Shown: positions 23,405 to 43,532 of the stretch, piece by piece
How positions within the stretch are numbered: the first letter of the stretch is position 1
Layout: every line of letters starts with the position of its first letter
Origin: Oikopleura dioica
Lineage: Eukaryota; Animalia; Chordata
Reading direction: 5' to 3'
Assembly: GCA_907165135.1 (NCBI GenBank)
Contig: OU015567.1
Span: forward strand, 4,464,001-4,528,000
DNA: 64,000 bases
Notes under the pieces: generated by a model
Told to the model about the DNA's origin: nothing
Database searches by the model: none
The model's input: the letters and a program-made list of their open reading frames with translations, nothing else
Made by a program: the position numbers and the translations under genes

Positions 23405-25801
23405 CGCGAAGTGGATAGTCTCTCCCGTCGAATATCGAAGCTCATCGAAGAAAACGAGCGAGTACTAGTTGGCCCGCGCCAGACCCGCCGCCGCAACTCC
23501 CTCGGAGTCGAGTCAATAGCCGCCCTAGGCGAAGCTTCAATTCGCGACGAGCTCAAAGCGCCCGGTGGAAAATCGCCCAGGAGGAAGTCTTCTACTGGCT
23601 CTCTCTCCAATTCCAGGTGCAAAAACAGTCCGAGAGCAAGCATCAACCTCTATTTAGGCGATCTTCAAGAAGCGGTCCTTGGAGATACGAAGAAAGAATT
23701 CTCCAGCTCGGCTACACTCCCTCAAAGTTCAATTCTTCTTTTAGTAGAAGAAACTCCCTGCCGATAGATTGCTCACCAGTTGGGCAAGCTCCGTCTTCTT
23801 TCGTAAGTTTTTGCCTATTTTAGACCCTCTTTTGGCTTGAAAACCTGAGTCAGGGTCCTAAAAAGGCGACTTTTCATAAAAGCCTTTCATAACCCTGAGT
23901 CAGGTTTTCCACTCAGGCTGGAGAACTTAGGATCCTGTGGTCAATCAAGTTGAAAATTAGAACCATTCTGTTTCTTGTTTATCGTATGCATGTTCCAACA
24001 GAGTGATTAATTTGTTGTGTTCAGCGGAGCATTCCGACGGTGCTCACGACTCCCGCGGCGCCCCGGTCTGGCCGCCGTGCTTCGCTCCCCGCCATCTCGG
24101 GTGGCTCCTCCGCCTCCTGCCCCATCACCCCGCGCTGCCTTTTAGAGATGCATCAGGAGCCTGAGCTCGGCGCCTCGGCGGCTGCACTCCATCGACCGCA
24201 GGAAAGGAGGACACCACCAGAGAACAACTAATAGCCAAAGCATACACAGAGAGCTAGAGTCATTTTTTCTTTTATTTTTCTTTTTAAACTTTCTAACCTC
24301 CAAAATGAAGAGATCGAGCGTGATTCAACTGAACCCTGAATTCGAAGCGAGTCGAGATTCGAGGGATTCAAGAGACTCACGGTATTCGATGAGAATGGAA
24401 AGGGATGAAATGGACTCGACGGAAGAAGAGATTGACATCGACGTAGTTGGTGAAGATTCGGATAAAGAAGAGGACCAGCCAATTTCGGATGCTCAGGCGA
24501 GGATTTTTCAAGCACCATAATTTTTTATGTAATTCGCTCCATGTATATTTATTTTCTCTTGGATTCTTGATTCAACCTGAAAAGTAGATCTACAAAATTT
24601 CCCGAACTTCTTTAGTGCTCATAAAAATTCCACAAAAGAAACTCCAAGCCACCCTTAGCCGAAAGCAATCAATTCTCCGCCGCTGGGAAGCAGAAAACGG
24701 ACTTTCCAAGGCATCGATTCCTCCAGCGTCAAATCATTCTACTGATCATAATGAAAATGGCTCCTCCCGGACCAGCGCTAGAAACACCCCCGAAGCGATG
24801 GAAGTCGAGAATCACCCACCCACGATAACGATGCCGCTTCATCCTGCGTTCAGAGAAAGCGCTGGGCAAAAAATCGGAGCTAGAGTCAATGCTGATATTT
24901 TTTGCACGATAGAACAGGTAGAATTCTTGCAGAAATAAGCGCTGAGCTAGATTTGTAGATCAAAAAGCAAGCAGCTGCCCAGCGAGAGCTCTTAGCAGAG
25001 CAAGGTTCATTCGTCGCCCCGCAGCTCAACGGGGGGCAGCCTGTGATGAGCCACGTGACCCGGAACGACTCGGCGCCAAACGCAGTCGTTCAACTCAAGA
25101 AAACCGTCTCGCCCACTCCATCTGATGATCAGGGATCGCAAGAAAATGATGTACAGTCTCTCGAATCGAGTCATGAAATTTACATTAGTTCAGGAAAGCA
25201 GACCGTTTCGATGCAACGACTGTGGAGTTGGATTTAGAATTGCTGGTCATTTGACAAGACATTACAAGTCAAGATCTCATCTTACCAAAACCATGACTAG
25301 TCCGCCTGCTTCCTCTCCTTCTCCCGTAAGTTGAAAGCTCTTTATTCAAAAAAAAAATGAGCTCGGAAATACCAAAAGTATCCTTCCGGAGGCCGGCTTC
25401 TCTAGAAATGATTGATGATGATCGTTCTGATTTCAGGCAGCCAGCGAGGCGTCGTCCTCGATGCAAGCGAGTCCGTGCACGACGCCGAGTCCCGCCAAGT
25501 CGCCTCCCATCGCGCCCGAGCACCAAAGCGGCTCCAGACGCTTCAGATGCGACGTGTGTGATATTGGCTTCAGATTCCAGGTACTATTTTATCTTCAAGA
25601 ATTTTCGCCTTTCCTAGGGGTTTTGAAAAGATACAAAAGAAAGGGAATAAACTTAAGGGTATCAATTTGCTATATTTTTTTGGAAAATAATTTTCAATTT
25701 TTCAAAAATATTTTCAGGGCCACCTCGATCGTCATTTGCGTTCAACAACTCATCTTTCCATGGAAGAAGCTGTCCGTCGCAACACGAAAGAAAATTCATA
25801 A
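23405..25801 (+). CDS. C2H2 zinc-finger protein, Schnurri/HIVEP-like features (5' exons not located)
   Basis: Exons encode RRISKLIEENE..RRRNSL, acidic EEEIDIDVVG and two fingers, RPFRCNDCGVGFRIAGHLTRHYKSRSH and RRFRCDVCDIGFRFQ/GHLDRHLRSTTH. Stop TAA at 25799-25801. The first seen exon starts after a tttttag acceptor. Confidence 0.6.
23840..23908. mobile_element. CCTGAGTCAGG-family MITE in an intron of the zinc-finger gene
   Basis: AAAACCTGAGTCAGGGTCCTAAAAAGG ... ACCCTGAGTCAGGTTTT. Confidence 0.7.
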
Positions 25802-26399
25802 AACATGCCCTTATTACAAAAAATACGCAAATCAAAAAACCAGCCATAGCAATTTAAGGGTTATCAACCCGTTCATCCAACAATCTGAAAAATCTGTCCG
25901 TGCTCACTTTTTTTTTGATATTTTCTACTTTTTTTTCTTGCCATTTCGGCGCTGCTTTTTACGACGTTTTTAAAGTTCACTGTTACTATTGAAATATTAA
26001 ATCATAATACAGGCTCACTATAAATAAACAGTGTCTTGGAAAGAAGTCATTTGTCAAGTTAGGAAAGAAATCAATTGAAATCAAAATTGGCGAATTTCAA
26101 GGGTTTTTCTTCGTTTTAAAATCTCGTCATTAAAATCGGATCATTCACAGGATACCCTCTTTCTCCATGAACAAATGGAGGATTCAGGTAGAAGGGCAAA
26201 TCTAAAAAAAGCATGATCCCAAAAAAATCATTGGCACGTCCCTGATGTCCTTGAAGCAACTGTATTTGGCTCATTTCTTCCGTTTCGTCCCTAATTTTCT
26301 CGATTTCGACAACAAAAGTGCCAAATCGCTATTGCCGTGATAAATATTATTTATAATAATATAAATATATATAAATATATATAATTTGTCTTAAAGACA

Positions 26400-27370
26400 A
26401 AAACGCCACCTAAAAGTACACCGATCCGACTCGTAATCCAGTTGTCTTGTTCATTATCTTCAGTCATTTCGCCTTTATGATCTCTTGAACTACCCCTAAG
26501 AACTAGAATTCAGCGAGTTTTTTGGGCAAAGTCATAGAAAATAATCGTCTAAAGTTTATTCTTTATTTTTTGTTGGACCCTTTGTTCGTTTTTCTGAGGA
26601 AAAAGGAAAAAAAGATATCATGATGTTCAATTTATTGAGTCAGAAACATACGAAGCAAGTTTTTGTTTAATCGTCAAAATCGCCAATTTATTCATGTACT
26701 CATCCAGCTCATTTCTAAGCTCTTGAATGTGCTGCCTCCGTCGAACTGAGATTCTTATCAGACTATTTTTCAATAAATGAACTGGAGAACATCACCTTTT
26801 CTTGCTTTTCAAATCTCGAGAGACGGCTCGTTTTTCTTCAATTTGTGTTTCCATGCCGATGGCTTTGTCTGGGTTCAGCCGGTTGTACATAAATGCGAGA
26901 AGTGCCATTTTAGATTCAGTAGTGCGCTCACCAGAATCGTCGACGAAATCGTCGCAGTTTCCTGTGATTTCGTACTTGAACTTTGTAACTGAAAAGATAC
27001 TCAGAATTTTTAAAAATTCAGGTTCGGGCTGGGGTTAGGGTTAGTTTCGTGGTCGATTCGTGGGTTTATCCTTAGAGTCGAAGATAGTCGACAAAAAATG
27101 GAAATTCGAGCTCAAATCGGCAATTTTTAATTGATAATAATGATTTTATATTCGAAAATCGAAGTTTCTTTAGTTTTTTTTCCTTGATTTTGAGCTTTTC
27201 ATTTTTGTTTTCACAAACCTGGAAAATGACAGTACCATTGGTCATATAATGATTGACTTTTAAAAGATCAACAGCAGTTATTATATATATACTCGTAATT
27301 GATCTTAACCTCTGAACCTGAAAGCTGTGGAGGAAAAAGAAGCAATAATTAGAAATACAGCTCTCTTCAT
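26400..27370 (-). CDS. Small predicted secreted protein, unknown function (3' end approximate)
   Basis: ATG at 27370 gives signal-like MKRAVFLIIASFSSTAF. Exon ~26985-26790 (tttcag acceptor, gtgatg donor) encodes TKFKYEITGNCDDFVDDSGERTTESKMALLAFMYNRLNPDKAIG, followed by RISVRRRQHIQELRNELDE. Confidence 0.4.
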
Positions 27371-27677
27371 TTCATGCACTGGGTTCTGAATCTATTTGAA
27401 TCGTAGGAAATCAGGTATCGACCACTTCTTTTCAAGTAGCGCACACTTTATCTATTTAACACTAGCAGGATGTCACAACAAATTCACTCTCTTACTCGCG
27501 AAAAACATCAATAAATTCATGGCCAAAATGATAAATGGTACCCTTTCAATTTTTTGAAAAAAAAATATGCAGTTTAGAGTCGACCTTAGTCAGAAATCAA
27601 TTTTATTAAGTGACATTTGCGCTCATAAATTTATCTTGGATTTTCCTCGAAGAGAGCAGCAATCTTGCTAAGAGAAT

Positions 27678-29418
27678 ATGAAAAGACTGTCCTTTATATT
27701 GTTACTTGCAAATAATGCAAGTTCTCTAGAATATGCAAATCCTGATTGTTCATAAGTCGTGAAGACTCAGATTATTTTTTAAGTCATTATTTATATTCAA
27801 GTGCAGCAGACCTCGATCTTGCACGTGAATGTGAGAAAATTTGTAATGATGAGGCGATCATGTGCTTGGATCAATGTCCAAGTTGTCAACGACAATGTAC
27901 TGCTGAGTATCTAGGTATAATTGGGTTCTTTTTTCTTTTTTATTTTATCAATAAGACTGCTCCGATTCTTGTCCTTGCTATGACTACTGTTACAATGGCT
28001 GTGATGGCTGCGAAAATATAATCTGCCAAAACTGCTTAGAAAACGGAAACAACCAAGTCTACTTCGAGCAATGTATTTCAAAAGCTTCCGTAACACTTGA
28101 TTCTTGCACAAAAAACTGCACGTTAGAGAAAACATGCCACGATGATTGTCTTTACAAATATGCAATTGATTCTCAGCTTTGCCCCTGTATGAAAAATTGT
28201 CCTGAAGGATGTCCCTGTAAGAATGGATTTGGATGCGAGAGAGAAATAACAGTGATGTGCCAAGCTTCGGAAAATAATTATAATGTCGAAAACGTGACAA
28301 TTGTAGATATCGCATATTCAATATCTGAATCAGGACAAAATCTGGTGAGCCATTTCTGATAGCATAAGAAACAATCTCTTAATTTAAGGGCCATAAATTT
28401 ATTGCTTCACCGATTGAAGGATCAATAAAAATTTTGGATGGATCTGGCCACGCTCTTTTAAATGGAGAAATTTATTTCTTTGGGGAGATCATGATCCTTA
28501 TCAAATCGCAAAATTAGTCGGATGCGCCATTACAAAAACATCAAATCGTCTGAACAATGTGTTTCATTCACTTTATGGATCCCATACAACAGTTTTAAGT
28601 GCAAATGAAGAAGTGGTTATTTGCCAGGGAGCAACTTTCACACCAAAGCATCTTATTTATGGAACAAACGATTGCGAATCATTCAATGGAAAAACAGGAA
28701 CTAAGATTCCCAGTACTTTGGCAGGCCATACCGGCGGATGTATGGCAAATTATCAAAATGAAGCTACTATAATTGGATCACCAGTACTCGTTGAGAGTTT
28801 ATCTTTGAGGTATAATGAGTAATATTTTTGGAAAGACTTTGTTCGCGTTTTACTAACTAAAATCAGGAAAATAATTTGTAATAAGTGGTTGGAGGTTCCT
28901 GGAGAATTTTCCTTACGGGTTTATTGCTGGCCATAGTTGTGCGTCTGTTGATGGAAATGTTGTTGTTGCAGGTGGACTTTTAACTGACACCAATTTGGAG
29001 ACCCTCGATTTTGACAATGTGTTTTTGCTCAAAGGTGGAGAATGGTTTGTTATCGGAAAATTACTATCGGTAGGAAACAAAATCACCTAAAATTGAACAT
29101 AAACTTCAGAAAAATTTATATTCTTCAATGTTTGTCCTCGGTCATCAGATCTTTATTGTCAGTGGACTTGGAAATGATGAAAAGTATGTTGTGCTTGAAA
29201 TTTTCTCCTTCGCATTCCATTAGAGTAAAATTAACAAATTAAATTAAAAATCATGTTTCAGTCAAACAGTTGAGCGTTTTGAATTGAAAGGAGATTCCGT
29301 CATTACGTCCGAGATTATGAACGAACACAGCGGAGCTTGCCTACGACCTGTTCTTTTCGAATCCTTACCAAATGAGTGCAGAGAGCCATGTCAAAACTTT
29401 TGTTACGCTTATCCTTGA
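27678..29418 (+). CDS. Secreted Cys-rich + Kelch-like beta-propeller protein
   Basis: Signal peptide MKRLSFILLLANNASS. Cys-rich repeats (CPCYDYCYNGCDGC, CPCMKNCPEGCPC), then Kelch-like blades (GHALLNGEIYFFGG, HTGGCMANYQNEATIIG, GHSCASVDGNVVVAGG). Stop at 29416-29418. Two 1-nt indels in homopolymers (28482-28485, 28907-28910). Confidence 0.65.
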
Positions 29419-29915
29419 ATTATAAATTTATCAGAAATATCAAAAATTTTTTGATTGTTTAAAGTGTGAGAAATGCATAAATGTTGATCTTTAGTTTTTG
29501 TGGCAATTGAGCTGTGTTAATGAGCGCCTGATTAAGCAGTTTAATTGCAGCGCGGATTACCCGTCGCCAGGCGATCAAACACAGCTTCGTTGCATATATC
29601 GATGTAATTAGGATTGCTCCTGGGATTTCACCTTTCAAGGAACTCTTTTCCTCCGCCTCCAATTCGATTATAAAAGATTTTCCTTGCTATCAAATGGTAT
29701 GAGAGATACATGAGCATCAGACAGAACGATGGATAGGAAGGAGTTTTTTTAGTTTTGAAGACATAGAAGAGAATTTTTAAAAGCATATGAAAACTCTTGT
29801 AAAGACGACTGTCTGTAATAAGCCAAACTCAGTCGATCCCATTTCAAGATAATGGCGATCATCAGCTCAAGGTACGTCCGACAATCACTTCTTTTCTGAA
29901 TTGCTCTAGAATCTC

Positions 29916-36194
<6,279 letters not shown>

Positions 36195-36329
36195 AAATTA
36201 ATAAATTTATATGTATACATGTACCCTCCCCGCTATCTATCATCTTCGAACTATCGATAATTTTTTTTGTTTGTGAATTTATTTACAGTATATAAATAGC
36301 AGCAATGCTCGTAAAATATTGATAAAATG

Positions 36330-39190
36330 CATTTCTATATTGCACGGCAGCGGGCCATCCTTTGGCGTAATTGAATGTCACGTGCATATATTGTCGACTC
36401 TGACGGTTTCGCTTTGCTCTTATTGATGACAAATCGCAGGAGACCCGGCCAGTCGACGGCGAGCTGAACATAAACTTCATCCTTTGTGACCTGCTTTCTC
36501 ATTCATTTTTAAAAGCTGATGTCAATTTTTGCAAAATTGAGCTCTTTTTGGATAAAAACTATCCGAAAAACGCCGAATAATTGATTTTCAGATCATAAAC
36601 TGACACTTCTGATTGGTAGTCATCAAAAGGTTTCGGCAATTATGAAGTTTAATTTATGATAAAGGTCAGTTTCGATCAATTTTTGTTAAAAAATTCCAGA
36701 TTATTTATCAGCGACTCATTTTCTGGCTTACCCAAATAATCGAAAAAAATAAACAGGCAAACGGAATTCCCAAAAACAGCAGGGCAGTAACTGATGCAGC
36801 ATTTGAATCTTGAGACGAGCTAAAATCAAAGGTTAATTTCAGATTCGTTGAAGAAAGTCGGATTCTAAGAACCTTAGCTGTTTCTTTCTCAGCGACCAAT
36901 TTAGGTCTTTCCTGTAAAATGCTGGGTTGAAATCTCTTTGAAAAGGGCGTTTTAGAAAATCGTTTTTTCGCTAACTACTGCAAAAAATTAGGTGCGCGAC
37001 ATGATTCTGTATTGAGAGCTCTCAGGGCTGGAACTACAGTTCTTGAGGGAGTTTTGATAACTTTGCATATTTAAATTGCTGGAACATGTTCCACTTTCGA
37101 CTTCCGAATTTAAGCTTTTGAAGAGCCTTTTTAGGTTATCGTACTGACATCCTCATTTTCAGGGTGAAGGTTAGGGCCAGGGTTAGGTTTAGGGTTCGGC
37201 TTTTAAGACAGGGTCCTAATTTGGAGTCAGGCTTGGGTGAAGGTTAAGGTTCGTTACAGTAGAAATAGTACTAAGAAGATGGAGACCTTCCATCATCCCA
37301 ATTAACGACCATACACCGGTGAAAGAAGGCCTAACCCTTGGTAACGCCACCACTACGAGTTCCTAAGCTTGTGATAGGCTGATAGTGGTGGCGTAACCCA
37401 GGATTTGAGTCTGCTTCCACCGGTAATTTTAGTAGAAGGGGTTATCATTCGAACTACCCCTAACCCTTAACCTAGCCCCCGTCAAGAATGCATAGTGCCT
37501 AAACCTAACGACAAGCCCAGATTCTAGAGATATTGGACCGCTCGAATCCTATGCTCGAATAAAAATTCCTCTCTACGGAATTTTCAGGCCCCATACTCAT
37601 TGATAGAAACATATTTTTTCGCCTTTCCCATCATTTTCGGACTCTCCGATCATGTACAAAATTGAGTCATCTAATCTTTCCATCGTTATAACAGTAGGTC
37701 TCTCCTAGCTATTAGCTTTTCAAACAATTTGTTTCTCTAGCTTTTCTTCTCTTTCAATTTTGATTCTTATTAAATTTTTCGGATTTTGAATTAAAAATTC
37801 AAGTTTTAGAATAAAACGGAGTTTCTGTTCTTTCAGCTGATTTCTGCCCAGCGTGCCGGATTCAAATTCGATAATGAAAAAAAGGTTCGCGAGGACGATT
37901 TCGTTTTAGTGGACGTTAATTATGGACGATGCACGCGCCCGACATCAGAGCTGCTCTGACTTTAGGGGCTCGTGCTCAACACGAGTTTGATTCCGTATTG
38001 CCGAATACTGCTGCATTATAGATATTCACAGCCCGCGCTGCGGTTTGATTTGAAAGACGTAGAAGATGACTGAGCTGCGAAAATAATTCGCATAAAACTT
38101 GTCGTTGGGGTTCAGGAGGTGGAGGTTAGGGTTAGTGTTAGTCTTTGACGTCGAGTCTAACTTGAGATCAATGAAAACAATTATTTCATAAACATGAAAA
38201 CCTCTTATTGAAAATACCTTTCAAAATGGTGAATCTCTCGAAAAAAACATTGAAAAAGGACTGTTTGGCCGTCTATCAAAGAATCAGTAGAAAAATCAGT
38301 TGCTCAATATTGATAGTGGGACCATTTACCATATGCAATCTGAATACAGTCGCTTTCTTTTTTACCTCCTTTCAAAAGTCCTTTTTGATTCCTTAGCAAA
38401 ACTTTCTCCTTCTAACATTTTCTTTTCTTTCTGAGTTTTTTCATTCTTATATGCTAGATATCTGATTTTCTTCAAATAAAGATCTACATATTGGTTTCTG
38501 CTATTGACATCTACTCATCTATCGACTCGTTATTGAAAATGTAAATGTAGATATCGAAAATTTTAGATTGATATTTTGTCTGACAACAGCCGCTGTCTAA
38601 AAAGAACGAAAATCGAGGAAGAAATCTTCGAAGAAAACCGCTTCTCTACCTGATATAAAGCTCTCCAACAACCCCATTTAAGCTAATACCATCAATATCT
38701 CTCATTTCTCAGCTCTTGATGGTCGTTTGCTGAAGCAAATAAGAGCCCCTCTTTGGCAGGTTGTAGCCGCTTTTAGGCAATACAAAGTACCAAGGTACTT
38801 CATTTACCATTCAACTATTGTCTATCGTTGAAAATTGACAAGTCCGCTTCTCTAACCCCATTCTATCTGTTACAGTTTCGCTTCAAAGTGACTGTAATTG
38901 ACAAATATAAACGTTTCGGCAATCAAAAAAAGCTCGGAAATCAAGGAAGACTTATGCAAGTTGGAAAATCTTACTAGTATGGAATCGGTTTTCCACGAAA
39001 CCAAGAGCTCTGTTCTCTTTTCATTGTTGTCTTCAAAAATAAATTGACTTGTTCTGAATCAGTGGCCAATTTTTTCCGCAATGAAAATGATATGATGCAT
39101 GCAAGCAAAGGTGCCACATTTCGATTTATGCTTAAAAATTAATACCTCTTGAACATAAATTTGTCAATTTTTCGCTCGTCCATTTCTTCC
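36330..39190 (-). CDS. Probable multi-exon gene encoding a single-pass membrane protein, unidentified
   Basis: Exon-like stretches with splice signals: MDERKIDKFMFK; ERPKLVAEKETAKVLRIRLSSTNLKLTFDF..VTALLFLGIPFACLFFSIIW (TM); KDEVYVQLAVDWPGLLRFVINK..ARCRAI*. Exon connectivity not established. Confidence 0.35.
37165..37510. repeat. Palindromic element with TTAGGG-like arms
   Basis: Core imperfect inverted repeat ACCGGTGAAAG..GGTAACGCCACCACTA / TAGTGGTGGCGTAACC..CTTCCACCGGT (37315-37424), flanked by GGTTAGGG-rich (left) and CCCTAACC-rich (right) tracts. Confidence 0.5.
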
Positions 39191-39561
39191 TCTTAAAAAC
39201 TATATTTATTTTTTGTTCTTGGATTCTGTGAGTGGGGGGAAATGAGACACCGTGTTAATTTATTTACGTTATTATTGGCAGAACGTTAAATTCGGCCATT
39301 AAAAAGAGGGCAGACAAATAAAGAGAGAGACTCGATATAGATTAAATTCAATTGCATTTATTAATAATAAACTGTATGTAGAAGTTTCTTCATTGAACTT
39401 TCAATTTGAGCCACCAAGAAGAAAAGAAACAAGGAAAACCCAGGGTAATCAGCTCAGCTTGTAATCAATAATTTTAAACTTCAAAAGACCCTTGGCCAAC
39501 TTGGTTCGATTTCATTCTGTCTTGTTCTGGCAATGACCTCATTTGGCGCAACACTTTCAAG

Positions 39562-40720
39562 GTGCCCCCAATGCGCTCTACTGATTGGTGGGCGCGACGA
39601 GATCATCCGTTGGGGCTCAGCCAGCGCGAGTATGGCCCGATTCGCGTCATTGTTGCGCAACTACTGAGCGAAATCGATCCTCGTGATTGGCCGCCGGATC
39701 AGCCTGGGCTCAAGTTGGCTCGGTTCCAAGCCCCGGACGAACACACCAGAATGATATTTTCGAGTTCGAGACAAAATCACCTGTTATAAAAAAAATCGGG
39801 GATTAACGAGTTCCAAAAAGTGAGAGAAAAATAACAAAATAAGCGAAAATGTCTTTTATGAACATTTTCAAACAAGCTTCAAGGAAAGGGCTAATAAAAG
39901 ATACAATAAAAGAAACTCAAAAATAAGGTGATAAGATAAAGCTTTAAATCTATGGAACTACACTTAGAAAGATTGAAGCCAGATTTTTTAGGATTTATTA
40001 AACAAAACAAAATTATAATCACAGAAGTCTTCTCACGAACTTTTTATACGATTCCAAGAAATAGTTTTTAACCCTTGAAAAAGAAAAGTTGCGTACAAAT
40101 TCTCCGACCAGCTGCTCTTCGATTCCATCGTCGTGCACCGGCTTCAGCGAGCCGAGGCGGAGACCATTTTCCGGGTCATTTCCGGCGGAGAAGAGGTTGT
40201 GACACCAGCGCACATCGCGAATCAAGTTTTCGGTCGTAAAGCTGAAGTTATCGCGCCTGTGATTGAGAAGCTCTGCGTTCAGGTCACCGGTAAGTCCGAG
40301 GAAAAAGGAGATCTTCCTTGATTTGAATTTGAAATCAGAAAAGACGAACTCATGAGTTTCTTAAGGAAAGAATACGAGACTGAATATCGACGATTTCGCG
40401 AAGATTGTCGGAGGAGACGATGAAGAATCTTACGAAAACATTTCTTCTCAGGTAAACCTCAGTTTAAACCGCCAATATATCTATTTTTCAAGACCCAATT
40501 CGATATCTTCGACGCCGACAAAGACGCCACCATCGACATTCGCGAGTTCCAGACTTGGATGATGAAGCACGGAAAATTCCTCGACCGGGAAGAGCTCGAA
40601 GCCATCATTAAATCCGCCGACGTCGACAGAAACGCCGTCATCGACCGAACCGAATTCCTGCAAATTGTGTGCAAAAAGATCTTTGTCGATCAGCTGCTCG
40701 AGAGGAGGCTGATTCAATGA
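39562..40720 (+). CDS. EF-hand calcium-binding (calmodulin-like) protein
   Basis: Last exon TQFDIFDADKDATIDIREF..EELEAIIKSADVDRNAVIDRTEFLQIV..LIQ* has two canonical EF loops. Upstream exons include AEAETIFRVISGGEEVVTPAHI. Start uncertain. Confidence 0.7.
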
Positions 40721-41439
40721 TGATGCATTGGAGATTTTTAGCATTTAATTTTTGTCAGACTCTGCACTACTTTTCTTGATGCCTTTTCTGTTCAATTTTT
40801 AGAAAGATACCAGTACAAATAAAGAAACATTTGCAAATCTTCCGCAATCTATCGCTGTTCATGTGACTACTCTCGCGAGCTTTTTCGAAAGATCGTAGTC
40901 TATCCCTCCGACATTTACGTGTTCGAAAATAATCCTGAGGATAATGGGTGGTAAAGATTTGAAAGAAAGGTAACTTGGATTTGGAGAAATCTTCGAGACC
41001 TTTGAATTCAACTCGCAACAGTTTTCCGTATGTAAGCGTGTCGATCTTCATAAGGACAAATTTGCATAGTAGACGAGAGTACAGTCGGCTCAACTTCTGT
41101 AGGGATAAGTGAAGAGCATATTTGTAATAAATTGATTTAGTCAATTTGTCCTCTATCTAAAAATTGAAAAATAAGCTATTAAAATGAGTTTTATGATGCC
41201 TTAATATTTACAAAATTTTTAAATCTCTACTTTTCGTGAGCAAAAAAAAACTTTTAACGAAACAACATTTTATATTAAAATATTTGCATCCTGTAAAAGA
41301 CGAAAAATCTCACGCAGATCAAAAAATACTATATTTCAAATATAGTATTTGTCATAAGAAGAACTCCACTTAGCCAGACCTTCAGTGGATTTTTTTATTA
41401 ATAAAAGTTTAACCATGAAAGTTATCGAATTTTCTTTCC

Positions 41440-43266
41440 ATTGAAACCGCTTGGAAGTCCCGTTTCTGCTCGTAAACATCATTCCACGTGTTCAGTTGAG
41501 AAGGTCGCGCTCGTCGCCAGCTGATCCAACGTCAAAAGTCACCGGGATTACCCCTTCCTATAAAACCGACCCGCTTCTGCTCCTCAACTCATTACAAGAA
41601 ACACAAAGAGAGCAGCCACCAGCTTTTTCAGAAAAAAAAATTGGTCGAGATCGAGCATGAAATCGCGTCTTTCGAAAAGCGCAAAAAATGAAGTTTTGCG
41701 AAAGAACGATTCATTCTAGCATTCGACACAAGCGACAACAAAAATTATCAGCTATTTCAGCTTTTCTTTTATGTTTTTAACGAGATTCTTCTGAGTTTTT
41801 GAAAGAAAACCTGCGGCTCTTTTATGGCTTCTTTTTCATCTTAAAAACATAGTTTTGTCGGTAATAAATCAGCTTTAAAAATAGAGCTCTGCGTCTGATC
41901 GGAAATCGCCACTTTTCTTTCAAAGCTGATGAGCGACGGAAATCTCGGTCTGTCTATTTCTTGAAAAAGTCGATCTTGGCTACACTTTATTTGTTGTAAA
42001 AGTCAAGACGAGAATCACAATCACGCAGATCAGGGTCACGATTAAAATGGCGATCATTTTGAAGTTTCTCCACCACAATTTCGTCTGCGGAGGAATGAGG
42101 GGAAGACAGGAGGACTTTGATCGTTCGCGCTTTTCGGGGATGTCGATTGAAGTGTGGATCAACTCGTGAGGGTAGGAGTTCAGCGAGGAATTGTTCATTT
42201 TTACGATGGCTTCATAAGGCTTTTTCGGGGTTTTATACTAGATTCTAGAACACTCGAAAGCAAATATCAAAGATTCTCCTCCAGAAGGATGGAATTGATA
42301 AGAGTTCAAAAGAATTGTGGGAAACCCGTTCCGGAGGCGGTGGGAAGCTGGGCCTGATGCTTCTATTCAGACTGCTATTCGGATTTCGCGTCTGGCTGCG
42401 ATTATCTTCGTTGTAAACTAAATTGAACCTTGTTCGACACTCATCGAAATCGATGAAGATTGCACCTGTGTCATAAACATTCTCCTCATCCCCATCGTTT
42501 CTCATTAATTCAGTGTAGACGACATCTTCTAGCTTTACTTGTATGTTCATTTTTCTCGTTTCTAGAGCAGATGGACATTCTGGAGAATCTGGAGATTCTT
42601 GAGACTGCTGAATTGTCGAATTTCGGTTGGACTTGGTTCGCTTTGGTTTTGCTGGAGCTTTTGGCCTCGAAGAGGGTTGGGAATTGGAGAAGACAGGATG
42701 AGACTGGTAAGAAGTGGAGGGTGATTTTGGTTTGGAGGACTGTGGTGGTGGAGGAGGGGGCATTTTCTTGAGCGACGATGACTTTGAGGGATGAAATTGA
42801 TTGGATAGTGCGATGAAAACACCATATTTTTGAAAAACTCATTATAAATTTATATTCAATCAGGCGGTGTTTTGTTGAATGAAAATTTCTACGTCCGAAA
42901 TATAAAAGAAAGAAGAGGCTTGCACTAACGATCGTTAGTATCTGCATAAATTAGTTTATACAAAATGATCATCTTGATATCCCCTTCCTTTTGCATTTCA
43001 CTGAATCCCGACGAGTTTCTGTCCAAATTTGTCCTCGCTGTCTTCGGAACTTTTCTTTCAACAGCAGGCGCTCCTCCCAATTTTTGAATTCTTTGCGCGA
43101 TGCTCATCCCCTCCATTTCGCCAAGTCCGGTGCTGTCAGAGTCCGACTCGATCCCGGAAGAGCTGTTGCTCGATGATCTGCTCAAAGTCGGCGGAACTCG
43201 CGAGATTGAAGACTTCTTCTTTTCGCGGACGAGGCTGTTCCATAAATAAATATGCTCGCTTGGCAA
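41440..43266 (-). CDS. Probable type II membrane protein with Pro/Ser-rich cytoplasmic region, unidentified
   Basis: Exons MPSEHIYLWNSLVREKKK..., PPPPPPQSSKPKSPS...EDVVYTELM..EENVYDT and a TM segment KMIAILIVTLICVIVILVLTF. 3' exons unclear. Confidence 0.45.
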
Positions 43267-43532
43267 GAGTCGGGTGCTGAAATTAAAAATTGATTTCTGC
43301 TACCATACTATTCAATTCGTCAGCCTTTTAATAAGTAAAGCAAACCCTTTTTTGAGACGGTGATTTATCTCGTGATTGCGTTTTTTATTATTCAATTTGA
43401 CAAATTAACATTCGAAATAAAAATATTTGCAATTGCATCTTCAACTTTTGAATGGATAAACTTTGATGAATAAACTTCAGCAAACTTTTGGAAAAAAAAA
43501 ACTCATTTTATTGAGATAAAAATATGGTTTAA

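Noticed and set aside
37303-37330. ACGACCATAC resembling the 5S rRNA 5' end
   Set aside because: No continuing 5S similarity. The sequence is part of a palindromic repeat.
40767-41144. 125-aa minus-strand ORF
   Set aside because: No domain or confident splice connection. It may be a terminal exon of the upstream membrane-protein gene, but this cannot be supported.
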